Part shown: positions 34,270 through 45,780 of the stretch, piece by piece
Layout: every line of letters starts with the position of its first letter
Numbering within the stretch: the first letter of the stretch is position 1
NCBI RefSeq assembly: GCF_036321535.1
Contig: NC_087458.1
Location: forward strand, 1,736,001-1,800,000
Reading direction: 5' to 3'
Length of the DNA: 64,000 nucleotides
From: Camelus dromedarius
Lineage: Eukaryota
Made by a program: the position numbers and the translations under genes
Notes under the pieces: generated by a model
The model's input: only the letters and a program-made list of their open reading frames with translations
What the model was told of the DNA's origin: nothing
The model's database searches: none

Positions 34270-34400
34270 GGCAATCCCCACTCTACAGATGGAGAAACTG
34301 AGACTCAGAGAGGAGAAGGGACCACCAGGCCCCACAGCTGTTTAGTGGCAAAGGCAACGCCAATGCAGGTGTCCTGGCCACAGCCTCATGCCCCCCTCCT
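34270..34400 (-). mobile_element. MIR SINE
   Basis: ccccactctacagatggagaaactgagactcagagagg. Confidence 0.88.
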
Positions 34401-36569
34401 CCCACACCCAGGTCCACGGGGTTCTGGGCTCCCACGTCCTATCTGGAGAAGGCCTCAAATCGTGAGAGGGGAGCAGCAGAGAGCAAGGCCCTGTTTCCAG
34501 CACCCTAGAGCCTGACCCCAGAGGCTGACCCCCGAGGTGCACACCTCTCGCTGGGCCCCATCCCTTTCAGGGGGTGATTCCTCTGTTGTCCACACTCGCC
34601 TCCCCAACCACACTCCCAGGGTGCTGGCTGGGATTCGGATTCTTTGCACCTTGCCCAGCGCGGCGCCCAGGGCACAGTGAGGGCAGAGGTGAGACCACAG
34701 AAACCAGGGAGAGTCTCCAGGAACCTCTGAAGGTGCCCGAACCACAGGGCAAAGTTCCCAGCGGTCCCAGCACTGTCGCCCCTGGGCAGCGGCAGTCTGT
34801 TCCCACGCTCGGACGGCCCCTCCCGACAGACAGCCTTCCGCCACAGAACCCCTCTCCGGGCCTTGGAGACCCTCAGAGGCGCGCCCGGCCACCTCGCTCC
34901 CTGCTTGGCGTTTGTCCCCGTCGGGGTATGGGGTGTGCTCGCTCGAGTCTGTCCCCCGCCCAGACTGGAAGCTCCGGAGGGAGGCTCTGCGTCTGCTCCA
35001 GCGCCTGCTGCGGCCCTGCCCGGAGGCCTGGCCCCGGCCCCTCGCAGGCATTGGTCAGACAAACCCACCCATCAGCGCCCAGTCCAGGGAGCCTGAAAGG
35101 GTTCGTGCGGCCTCTAGAGGCTCCACACTTACAACAGGCCCCTGGAAGGATCCGATCCCACAGCTCCAAGGGAGAGACGCCGTGGCGTCTTTTCTGCCAG
35201 CGGATTAGTGGGTTTGTGTCCATTTTCTCAGGAGAGGTAGCCCGATGGGCCACCTGCGCCAGCCCGAGCACCCAGGGGACCTGCGGCAGTGATGGCATCC
35301 GGTCAGGGGCTTTGTAGGTAACCAAGCACTCAGGAGAAGGGACCTGGCTTCCCCCCGGGGTGGACCCTGGGTGGAGGGGAAGGCTGATTTCTCACTGCAT
35401 GTAGTAACCAGCATCCTGGCGTATTATAGGAGCGCAGCGCCTGTAAGCGTCTTGCTGTAAATCTCAAACCATCTTGGGGTGTGCGTCTGGGAGGGCTTGC
35501 ACACGCCGCACAGCCAGCTAGCCGGGCGGCGCTCCGGGGGTGGGTAAGTGGGTGGGTCTCTGTCACGTCTGCAGCCCCGCATGCCACCGACCCCGCCATC
35601 TCGGTCGGGAGCCAGTGTTCCCACAAGCACCGTCTCCAGGAAGCACCTTGAAGTGCTGTCATCTCGTGAAATTCCAGATGTTCAGAAATAGATGCTAGAG
35701 GGTGTTGGCACCAGGAGCGCGCTGGCCCCGCCCCTGCCCCCTGGGCGGCGCCAGCAGGAGGGGAGCGGGCCCAGGTGCTCTCCGGGAAAGGGCTGTTTCA
35801 CAACGGCTGGCCCCGCAGAACCCACACCCCAAACCAAAGCACATCTGAACCGACTTCTTATATAACTCAGCGCATCCTTCCTCATCCTTGTGGTTGGAGT
35901 TTTCTAGAACCCACCAGCAACCTTTTGGTTCATCTTCTGGTTTTGCTGTGCTGTTCTGCACCTTTGAAGGGGGAAATGGGCAGGAGACCTCAGGTTTGGT
36001 TTGGTTTAATCTTCGGTGATGATGGTGCGGAGGGAGCTGGGCCTGTCTGCTCCGTGAAGGGCACGCAGACCATGAGAAAAGGGAAGTAAGAGCAGCAGCT
36101 CGAGGACACAGACCTAGACTTCCGTGGAGCCAGGGAAACCAGAAGAATTTCACTGTGTGGTTGTGGTTGTTTTTGTTGTTCACTGTGTTCAACATGGCCC
36201 CAGACTCTGAGCTCTGCGTTTCACCTGTGCAACCACCTTTCAGTCTAAAGGACATGGTGTGACACTCGGGGGATCCCAGCCCGAGGCCCTTAAGGAGAGC
36301 CTCCGGTGCGTCCAACACTGTCCCCGACGCACAGCTTTGAAGACAGGAAGCCCTGATTTCCACCCTCTAGGGGCCGTCAAACCAGTGAGAGGACAGTCCA
36401 CAGACACCCAGGTCGATTCGGACGAGTCGCTCCCAGCACAGCCAGATGCCACCACAGCCACGGCCTCGGTTCCAGTGCGAGCTCACTCTGGTCTTGAATG
36501 GGTGACTTCCCCTCTCTGGACCTCAGTCTCTTAGTCTGCCAAGTGGGGTTCACAGGGTAGGGTGATTAA

Positions 36570-36770
36570 GAGCAGGGGTTCCAGAGCCAGACCACCAGGC
36601 TCTGCCACATCTTAGTGCTGAGTGACCTTGAGTGGGTTGGTGAACCTCTCTGTGCCTTGGTTTCCCCATCTGCAAAATGGGCACCGTCGTTGCCTCCGGC
36701 ATAGACTTGGGATGAGGGCCACAAGAGTCCGTCCGCATAAGCACCAGAAGCAGTTCATTGTATGTAAAAC
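36570..36770 (+). mobile_element. MIR SINE
   Basis: gtgattaagagcagggg...gtgaccttgagtggg...cctctctgtgccttggtttccccatctgcaaaatggg. Confidence 0.9.
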
Positions 36771-37249
36771 AAAGGGGTTGAGGGAGATGAGCCCCAAACT
36801 TCCCTGCAGGCGTGTGAGCCCGTGACACTGACAGCAGTTACACCTGTGCAAGACCCAGAACTTGGCTTCACTGGAAAACCTGCTGAGAACATGCCAAGAT
36901 GCCAGTTCTCCCAAAACTGATCCATGGATTCCAAGTGGTCCCGACCGACAGCAGCCCGCTGGTTTGCAGGTACCTACAGGCCGGTTCTGAAGCCCGCTTG
37001 CCGGGCTACTCCAAGTCTGCTCTGGGCAAGGCAAAGCTGTAGTCCGTCAGCAGGTCAGTGATCGCCCGGAGTCGGAGCCGCCCAGACCGCCCAGCATAAT
37101 CCAGCTGTAGGTCTCTAGCCCTAGGCACACCTGCAGAAATCCCTTTTGCTGTATAACGTAACATAGTCACAGAGTCTAAGGAAAATGCTATGAATGGTTT
37201 GGGTAAGGTGTTCGTTCTGCCTACCACAGCCTATATTCATGTAAATTCT

Positions 37250-38260
37250 ATTTTTTTCACTTTTGTTCTTTTTTTTTTTAACACCTTCATTGTGGTATGG
37301 TTCCTGTACAGTAAACTATACATATTTCAAATGTACAATTTGATGACTTTCGATAGATGTGTACACCCATGGAAACACTACCACAATTAAGACAGCGAAC
37401 GCTTCCATCACTCCCCAGGAGGTGCAATTTTCAAATTCCCAGTTTATCCCTTCCCATCCTCTTTACCCCCTGGTAACCATAAGTTTGTTCTCTATGTCTG
37501 TGAGTCGGTCTCTGCTTTGTAGATAAGGTCATTTGTGTCTTTTTTTTTAGATTCCACATGTAAGTGATATCATATGGTATTTTTCTTTCTCTTTCTGGCT
37601 TGCTTCACTTAGAATGACCATCTCCAGGTCCATCCAGTTTGCTGCAAATGGCATTATGTTATTCTTTTTTATGGCTGAGTAGTATTCCGTTGTATAAATA
37701 TGCCACAGCTTCTTTATCCAGTCATCTGTCGATGGACATTTGGGTTGTTTCCTCTTTGTGTAAATTCTTATGCACAAATGAGAGCAGCTTTACCTGTAAT
37801 CCACAAAGGCTGGAAACCACACCCAGGTCTGTCTGCACAATGCAATGCTGTGCATCAGGCATTAGAATGAATTCTTGATGCCTACCACAATACTGATGAA
37901 CCTAAAGGTAATTATGCTGTATGAGAGAAGCCAGCCTCCCCCTAAAAGCCATACCAAGTATGCAATTCCACTTGTACAAAATTCTAGAAAATGCAGTCTG
38001 TAGTGATGAGAACCATTTCAGTAGCTGCTGCGGTGGGGGGTGGGGTGCATCCAGGAAAAATAGGTGGGAGGGGTGACCGAAGGGCCAGAGTAAACTTCGG
38101 GGGTGCCGGGTATGCTTGCAGTCTGAGAGTGGAGGTGGTTTTATGAGTGCATGTGTGTGTCAACGCTTATCAGATTGTCCACCCGAAGTCTGTGTGGTTC
38201 ATGCACCTCAATTAGACCTCAGCACAGCCAGAGCTAAAAGGCAGTCCTCTCAAACGGGGT
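37250..38260. mobile_element. L1 mosaic: old L1M 3' end (-, 37250-37425), young L1 3' UTR piece (-, 37430-37760), old L1M 3' piece (+, 37765-38260)
   Basis: Peptide KQPKCPSTDDWIKKLWHIYTTEYYSAIKKNNIMPFAANWMDLE (37547-37777 -) plus L1 3' UTR motifs in both orientations. Confidence 0.85.
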
Positions 38261-38379
38261 ACACAGTCCACAGAGAGAGAGAAAACATAAGTATGCCAAC
38301 AGTTTCATAATAATGTCATATTTCATAATATTCTGAACGTTTTCATAATTTAAAAAGTTGGGGGTGGGGCGGGACATGC

Positions 38380-38710
38380 AGGCTTTGGAGTCAAACCTCC
38401 AGGGGGGTCAAGTCTGATTCAAGTCCTATCCTCACGGTGTGAGCTCCGGCAGGTGATGATCCCTCCAGCCTCGTTTTTTTCATCTGTGAAATGGGCTCAG
38501 TCACCACGCTGAGCTTATGAAGTCAGGGTGATGCACGGGGCAGGCTTAGCAGGGTCTTGGGATGCAGCAAGGTGTCCACAAAGGTGGCCGTCACTGCCAA
38601 GTCTGGCTGCTTTGTCTGAGACACGTGGAAACCAAATCAGAAAACTTGGGGGACTTAACTGAGGTCACACAGCCCCTGACAAGTCTGAATCTGGCCACGG
38701 AGAACTACCT
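38380..38710. mobile_element. Two MIR fragments (38380-38570 +, 38620-38710 -)
   Basis: catctgtgaaatggg; gacttaactgaggtcacacagc. Confidence 0.75.
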
Positions 38711-39635
38711 CTTTGGATGCCCACTGGCTACCCCACTTCTTAGAATTCAGAAGTAAACAGTTTATGCAAATAGTGGCCAAGCCACCCCACCTGAGACGAG
38801 GTCCTCCGTCCAGTGAACAGAGGAAGCCAGGCCCAGCGCCCAGATGTATTTTTAACAGGGTGGAGATGTGCACTTTGCATATCTTGTCCTCTTGACGGTC
38901 TGAGGTTCAAGGTCCCAACCAAAATTAGATGTTTGTTTGTTTGTGTAGACAGGTAAGCAGTCTCCAGCTCCACTGCCAGAGTACTGTTTCTAGAGTGGAG
39001 TTACGTGAATTCCTAAAAACACTCATTTGGTTACTCCCGAGGCTTTATCCTCCAAGGTCCACATGAGGATTGCAACCTGTGTGCAGGCGCTCGGGGCGTG
39101 CGCGCCGACGGAGGCCCGGCTGAGTCTGTAAGTGAGGGGAGGTTTCCCAGAAGCAGCGAAGTGTCTTGGGCAGTCCTTCCCCTCTTGACTTTTGGGGGGG
39201 TGACTACTTGGTCTGCTCAGTGGGCTTTGCTAAGGGAGCAGAGGGGCGTGAAGGAAGCTGGCTGTAGCTGGAGAGGAGAGGGCGCTGGAGGGGGAGCACT
39301 AGGAAGAAGAAGGCGCGCTGGAGGCCGTGTGCCTCCTTCACGTGTCTCCTCACACGCCAGCCCTCCCGCTTCCCGGAGTGCACTCGAGTACTTTGGTGAC
39401 CGTAATGTGAGCGGGACTTGCGTTGTGTTCGCGTGTTTATTGGGAAGAACTCCTGGAGGGGTGGGCAGCCGCCACAGGAGCTCAGGACATCGATCCAGCC
39501 GGTGTGATTCCAGATGTGCTGCAGCTGCCAGTCCACGCGCTGTCCGGTGAAGCAATGGCGAGGAAGGGTTGGGACACTTACGTAGCAGTTTGACAGAGTG
39601 CTTTTCAGTCTCCCACTTGGAAAGTTGGGGCTTAT

Positions 39636-39790
39636 GTTTTGTTGTTGTTGTTAGTGTTTGGGGGGGAGGTAATTAGACTTAGTTAGTTAGTTAGTTTTTC
39701 GATGGAGATACTGGGGACTGAACCCAGGAGCCTGTGCACACCAAGCACATGCTCTGCCCCTGAGCTACACCCTGAGCTACACCCTCCCCC
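39636..39790 (-). mobile_element. Camelid tRNA-derived SINE (Vic-1-like) with duplicated A-box
   Basis: Minus strand GGGGGAGGGTGTAGCTCAGGGTGTAGCTCAGGGGCAGAGCATGTGCTTGGTGTGCACAGGCTCCTGGGTTCAGTCCCCAGTATCTCC, then a (CTAA)n tail and CTAATTACCTCCCCCC. Confidence 0.88.
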
Positions 39791-39973
39791 AACCCTGGCT
39801 TGTATTTCGTGTATCTTTATTTTATTTTTCTAGTAATTCACATTTACTGTATTTGGAAAAGTCTCAGTGTGCAATGGATTCGGTTTTTTTAATCTGAAAG
39901 ATAATTTCCTAGTTTTTCTCATGGATCAGCTCCCAATATATCCATTAGAGGTCAACCATCCTTTTTTAAGCTT

Positions 39974-40112
39974 CTTTTTTTTTTTTTCAGTATTTTTGGG
40001 AGGGTGATTAGGTTTATTTCTTTATTTATTTTTGGAGAAGGTAGTGAGGATGGAAGCCAGGACCTTGTGCACACTGAGCATGCGCTCTACCACTCGCGCT
40101 GTACCCTCCCGC
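39974..40112 (-). mobile_element. Camelid tRNA-derived SINE (Vic-1-like) with perfect 18-bp TSD
   Basis: Minus strand GGGAGGGTACAGCGCGAGTGGTAGAGCGCATGCTCAG...AAATAAACCTAATCACCCTCCC plus poly-A; TSD ccatccttttttaagctt at 39956-39973 and 40113-40130. Confidence 0.92.
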
Positions 40113-40899
40113 CCATCCTTTTTTAAGCTTTATCACCTAATGCCAAACATACAGGGTTTATATGGTACAAGCATTTCTCTGTATCAATCACTTTCAGTTG
40201 GAAAGCGTCTCTCCTTAAAAACAACAAAGACTCAACCTTCTAGCCTACCAGGTAAATGATCGCTGTGTGTGTTTAGTGCCAAAGAAAAATTATAAACATG
40301 AATTTTCCACTGAACAGAGCAGGATATATTTTCGTCGCACGTATAAAACCAACGGCAGGCAGACGACCCTGAGTCTGTCTCATCCGGTAAAAAGTGAGCA
40401 CCTCACATCCAGCACTAACCAGTAAAACGCTGGCCTGCTGATCGGAGTTCTGAGCAGTAAACAGCTCACGACGTTTCAAAGGTGAGAAATTCAGGGTCCG
40501 CTGAGATAAGGTGCTGGCCTCCTGACTGCTGACAGGGGCCACTGATACTTTCAGTTTCAGTTTTAGGTCCCATTATTCCAAGGCATTTTTAATCACTGGC
40601 CCTTCCCTAACAGCCTCAGGTCTCAGGTCTGTGAAAGAGGGCAGAATTTACTCTCGGGCCTCCTACACAGCGGTTCACCTACAGACAGTGCATTAAGGTC
40701 ACTGGGGGCTTATTTCAAATGCAGATCTCTGGCCCAACCACAGGAGATCCAAGGCTCGGCCCAGGACTTGGACTTCAGAAGATCCCGCCCCCTGATGCAG
40801 GCTCAGCCAGCCCACACCTGTGCTCAGGAACCCTTGCTTTGCCAATCATATCCTTCATCATTTTCTGGCTGGATTAGTCACACGTATGCTCCTGATTCA

Positions 40900-41740
40900 A
40901 CATCAGCTGCACCAAGGGAATATTTCATGAAAAGAGTAGACTTAGGCCAGCTCTTAAGGAGTTGGTGGGGGTGGAGCATGCAGGGAGAGGGACAGCACTG
41001 GAGGAAAAGCACAGATGTAGGAAAGTGTAAGGAAGGTTGGCATGGGCTGTAGAGAGAAGCCCAGGCTGGTGAGAAGTCGTTTGGCAAATATGTGGCACAT
41101 TTCACTATCCCTCACCCGTAGCAGACATCACTAATCGATTGCAGCACTCTTGCAGCGAGTCCAGAGGCAGCCTCATGAACCCTGTGATCATCACACAGCT
41201 CCACTGTAGAACATTCCAGACCCACAACCACCAACCAGTCACAGTTGGCCCATGAAATACCATCTCAGCGCTGAAGAGGGAGTAACGGAGGAGGGGAGGG
41301 GAAAGACGCACTTAGAGCCAGATTGCAGCAGGCGCTGAATACTTCCCTAGGCAACAGAACGTCGGCCTGATGGCTACGGTCGTTCTGACCAGAGAACCTG
41401 TTGTGTTTAAAGCTGTGCTTCTGGGATGTCAGAAGGAGTTATGTGGTCTGTTTTGGAGTTTGCAGAAGATAGAGCCTGGGAAGTGACAGGGTGTAAAGAA
41501 AGACTCTGGACACGAAAGAAAAGGCCAAAAGCAAGAGCCAGCGATCGGTTTGGCGAGTGAGGGAGAAGTTGGCAGTGCCTCTGAGGTCTGGAGCCTAGGT
41601 AACTGGAGGACGAGTTGGTGTCATTAACAAGAATAGAGAAAACCAGAGACGCCGTGGGGAGGACCAGGGTGCTGGCTTCACTCTGGAGATTTTTAACCCT
41701 TGCAGCCAGAGGAGCACGCGGGTGGACATTTCCAGCAGGC
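40900..41740 (-). mobile_element. L2 fragments (40900-41080 and 41400-41740)
   Basis: Purine-rich antisense L2 motifs, e.g. ggagcctaggtaactggaggacgagttggtgtcattaacaagaatagagaaaacc and ggtggacatttccagcaggcag. Confidence 0.7.
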
Positions 41741-42809
41741 AGCAGAAACCAGGCAGCCGAGGGAGAGGCCGAGCCGGGAGGCGCCAATGAGCCAACGAGG
41801 CAATGCCCGTGCACCTCAGCATGACTGGTGCTCGGCGCTCGGCGACCAGCTCTGGGAGAGGGACCCTGGGCTCGTGTCCGCCGGCCCCCGTGGGGTAACA
41901 CCCAGCACCGCTGGTCCCTGCTGCTCCGGGACGTCACAGATACAAGCGGGGCAGGGATGCCCACAGCGGCGCCCTCCAGCCCGGCAGGCCGGCTCCAGCT
42001 CTGAGCGGCCACGGCAGAGCGGGCCCACACCCTCACGGCCCACACCCGAGAATGGTTTCTGGTTTTCATCTGCCCAAAAGGGAGGTAGGCTTGGTTTCTT
42101 TGAAGATGAGGCAAGTTGGTTTCGTAGAAGATAGTGTCCACATCCCAGTTTCTACCTGAGCCAAAGCGGGGTGAGATCTGAGTGGAGGCGGCTTGGCGGC
42201 CGCTGTGGCTTCGTGTGGGAGGCCTGCGGTGACCTGTGACTTGCAATGAGACTGACAGAACTCAGCCAGTTCCCTCTGGAGGCTCATCACATCTCCAAAC
42301 CCAGACCTGCCCTGGGCACAGCAGCCGGGCTCCAAGAAGGTGGGCCAGAGACCACAGGGCCCCCAGGGAGACCCGCAGAAGCAGGGAAGGCCCACCTGCC
42401 TGGCGGTTCCTGGTTTCTTCCAGGTGGGAGACACCCAGGGGCACATCTACTCCTGAAGTCCCTCCAGGCTCGCCCTCGGTTTCGGCGGGGGAGTCATGTG
42501 ACCAGACATGTTAGAGGTGGCGCTGAGATTCAGTATCAGGGCAGAGAGGACTTTTTAAATGATGACATTGAGACCCAGGGAGAAGCGACAAGTTCAGGCC
42601 TCACAGGGATTGAGTGGCTGAGCTGCGGCTCAAGCTTATCCTGGTGCTCTCCCTCCCTCCCTCCCACCTGCCTTTCTGTCCCTCCTCCCTCCTGCCACCC
42701 CCCCCTCCCTCCTGGTAGTCGGGGAGCGCCCTCGGCCTGCACCCAGGGCCGCGGCCAGGATGGGCACCTCTGCCACCTTGGGCAGGAGGCCTGCTTGGGG
42801 GGCACCGGA

Positions 42810-43050
42810 ATTCTCTTTTTTATTGCATTTTGTAACAATCTATATGAATATATAATAATCATACTTAATAAATATTTCTATATACTGTAATTCACGTAAC
42901 ATAGAGTTCACCATTTCAAGCATGCCATTCCGTGGTTTTTAGCACACTCACAATCTCGAAGTGATTTAAGAGACTTCAAGGCCTCCATTCCCAGACCCCG
43001 CCGTCCCGGCTTCACAGCCAGGGGGCAAGTTACTCCATCGTTCGTGCCTG
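42810..43050 (-). mobile_element. L1M 3' end fragment
   Basis: taattcacgtaacatagagttcaccatttcaag...tccgtggtttttagcacactcaca. Confidence 0.75.
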
Positions 43051-43968
43051 CGTCTCCCCGCGTGTCAGATGGAGATGGTGGCCGCCCCTCCTGCGAAGCA
43101 CCGACGCTGGGCTCAATGCCAGTCACACAGTAGGTGCTCTTACGGGGGAGCTGTCGCGGTTAGGCCGGGGTGGTGGGCCTGGGCCACATGTAGACCGAGG
43201 GAAAGGAGCAGCCCAAGCCCCGCCTTGCAGAGACTCACCGCCTCGGAGAGGAGCTCGCTATTGATTGCAAGAGGGAGAAAGGGCAGCGAACGGGTTCCTA
43301 GGGGACGGTTCTTACAGGACTGCGGGCCTTTGGATGGGACTGTCCTGACAGAGCGAGTACTCTGTCTCTGATTCAAGCCACATACTGTGTTTCTGGATTT
43401 CACCCCACCCTCTATTCTTCCAACTTCTAAAGAACAGTGTTTATGTGATTGAACAGGGCAGGGGTGGGTATGCCACCTCCTGTGCAGGAAATTGAAAACA
43501 GGCGCTCGGTTCCCGTTGCCTGGGATGATGGGATGATGTGGGCCCTTGGGTCAGTTCTTCATTCCAAATCCTCGCCGCTCCTCCTTTGTCCTCTGAAGAA
43601 CGGACAGTGCTGATGCCTGGGTTCCACCAGGACTCAGATGTCACCGACTGTGCCGCTGGCTGACCCCAAGCAAAGCGCTCAGCATCTCCCCGCCTGCAGG
43701 ACACTGCTCAGACTCCTGGTCTCAGGAGCAAGGACCAGCCGGGTCCCATCCGCCAGTTTCCGCCACTGACTTTCTGCTCCAGGCCCACTGGCTTCTGAGT
43801 GTTCCCCGAAATGTACGTGGCTGGGCCGCAGACTTAGTTTGTCTTTTGTCTTCATATCCCAGATACTTATCTGGCACACAGTAGGTTACCTTAAATGTTT
43901 GTTGAGTTTTTAAGTAGACCAGAGGCCCACAGTTCCCCTTGCCAAATCCCAGAGGAATAAAACCCAAA

Positions 43969-44011
43969 TGTGTGTGTGTGAGCATGAGCGTGTGTGTGTA
44001 TGTGTATGTGT
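43969..44011. repeat. Imperfect (TG)n microsatellite
   Basis: Seen directly. Confidence 0.9.
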
Positions 44012-45399
44012 TCAGTGAGCCACAAGTGGAAACAAAATGGTAGAAACTTAGGTCCCCCAACCCCTCAAAGCAACTGGATGGGATCCTCCAGTCTTCTCAA
44101 ACGAATAACCCAGAACAAAACCTGCCCTTCAGACCAGTCTGCAGCCCGAGTCGGTGTTTCGGTTTGACTCTTTGCCTGATGAGAATGGTCGCTCCGTTTC
44201 GATCAAAGAACCAATGTACTTTCTGCTTCATCGAGAGCAACCTCCCTATCTGGTCTAGGATAGGCCCGGCGGAGAGGGGACCCTATGTCCTGGGATCCCA
44301 GGCAAGTCCGCCGTCCACCCCCAGGGGGATGCCTGAGGACAGGGGACACCAAAGGCAAGACCCCTCTTTGCAGCTGGCACATGGCCTGTTTGCACGTGGT
44401 CCTGCTGTCCTCACGCACACCTGGCCAGGGCTCCATTCCCTCCCCTGCCAGGGTCAACAGAGCACTGCACTTCCCTGCTGGGAGGAAGGTTCATGAAGTG
44501 TTCAGTGACTGTCACACATAACTGAAGGGCATGTGAAAGCACCTGCTGAATTAGACCTTTGGTGCCCCAGGGATTGATGGCCTCTGACAGCAGTAACGAG
44601 GGACATCTTGTGACCAGGGATGGGCTTTGCATTCCGTGACATCAGTGCAAAAGGTTAGGCCTGTGCCTGGGACGTCACCTGGGGAGTTCATTATGGTTCG
44701 GTCTTTGGTGAAGTCACAGCACTGAATGCTGGACAGACCTGGCCTGCGCTCCAGCCCTGCCACCTGCGTCCTGTGCTATAGTGAGCAGGTGTCGTGACCT
44801 CTCCAAGTCCAGCCCCAGTCCTGGCTTTGCCATTTATGACCGAAGGGACCTTCGTCGAGTGTGTCTCTCCCAGTTCAGTGTCTCCCCGTGCAACAGAGAG
44901 CTAGCATTTTGAAATGATCTGTATTGACCCACCCACCTGCAGAAAGACCTGGAAGCCGCATCTTGTGAAAGAACAGCTCACATGATTAAATGGTTACCCA
45001 CCCACCACCACCAAATAACTGTCAAAGATCAGGAGCCCTTCAAGAAATGGTACATGACCAGCCTTAAGTGAAAAGGTCCAGAAAACTTGGGCTAATGAAG
45101 CTACTATCTCTGAGCACAAACCTCATTTCCGTGCGGCCCCTGGTGCAGACTACCGATCCCCGCAGGAGGGGAGGGGGCCGTGCTCCTGAGCAGGGCTGGC
45201 GGCACTCCCACTGCGCTCTACTAGATCTGCAGGGACGGCAACACGACAGCTGTCTGTGCGCTTTCCCTCCCCTGAGCCTCTGGTCGTGCAAGCTGCTAAC
45301 TCCTGGATACTTCCCTCATTCGGTGACGGTTTGGACACCCAGTTCACAAGCCCTCTCACTCTCTCTCCTCCCCGTTCCACCTGTCATTCAAGGTGGATT

Positions 45400-45780
45400 C
45401 CATACCTACAGGGAAGACCCATGCACTTTCTCTTAGACAGGTGTTTATCCTGCTCCCTTTTTGCCATGGCTGCCAGGAAGGTCAGAGCTGAATTTCATGC
45501 TTGGTGTCTCAATCTCCTCCTTTCACTGACCTCCTTCTCCGTTGTGCTTCGGGGACCCACAGGTGCCTTCTCTCTCTCTCTCCAGAATCCCTAACTCAGA
45601 CACCCCCAGACTTCAGATCACAGTTTCTTCTTCTCACGTGTTTGCCAAACACCTAGTCCTTGGCCTCCCTAGGGCCCCCAGCCCCCCAAGGCACTTCATT
45701 TCTCTCCCATCCGCCCTTCCTCATTTGCTCAATTCCATTCCCAGCTGAGGTTCCATGATTTACAACTACAGCCACAGAGT
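45400..45780 (+). mobile_element. L2 fragment
   Basis: Pyrimidine-rich L2-like sequence ttttgccatggctgccaggaag...cttctccgttgtgcttcggggac...ccatgatttacaactac. Confidence 0.6.

Noticed and set aside
35860-35965. KVQN...KGCWWVLEN resembles the forkhead wing (FOXN KVEN...KGCLWAL)
   Set aside because: No forkhead helices (e.g. WKNSVRHNLS) upstream in any frame, and the K is contributed by the splice-acceptor sequence; resemblance judged coincidental.
39636-40112. tRNA-like A/B-box sequences
   Set aside because: They carry SINE-specific bodies, A-rich tails and, for one copy, a TSD; they are SINEs, not tRNA genes.
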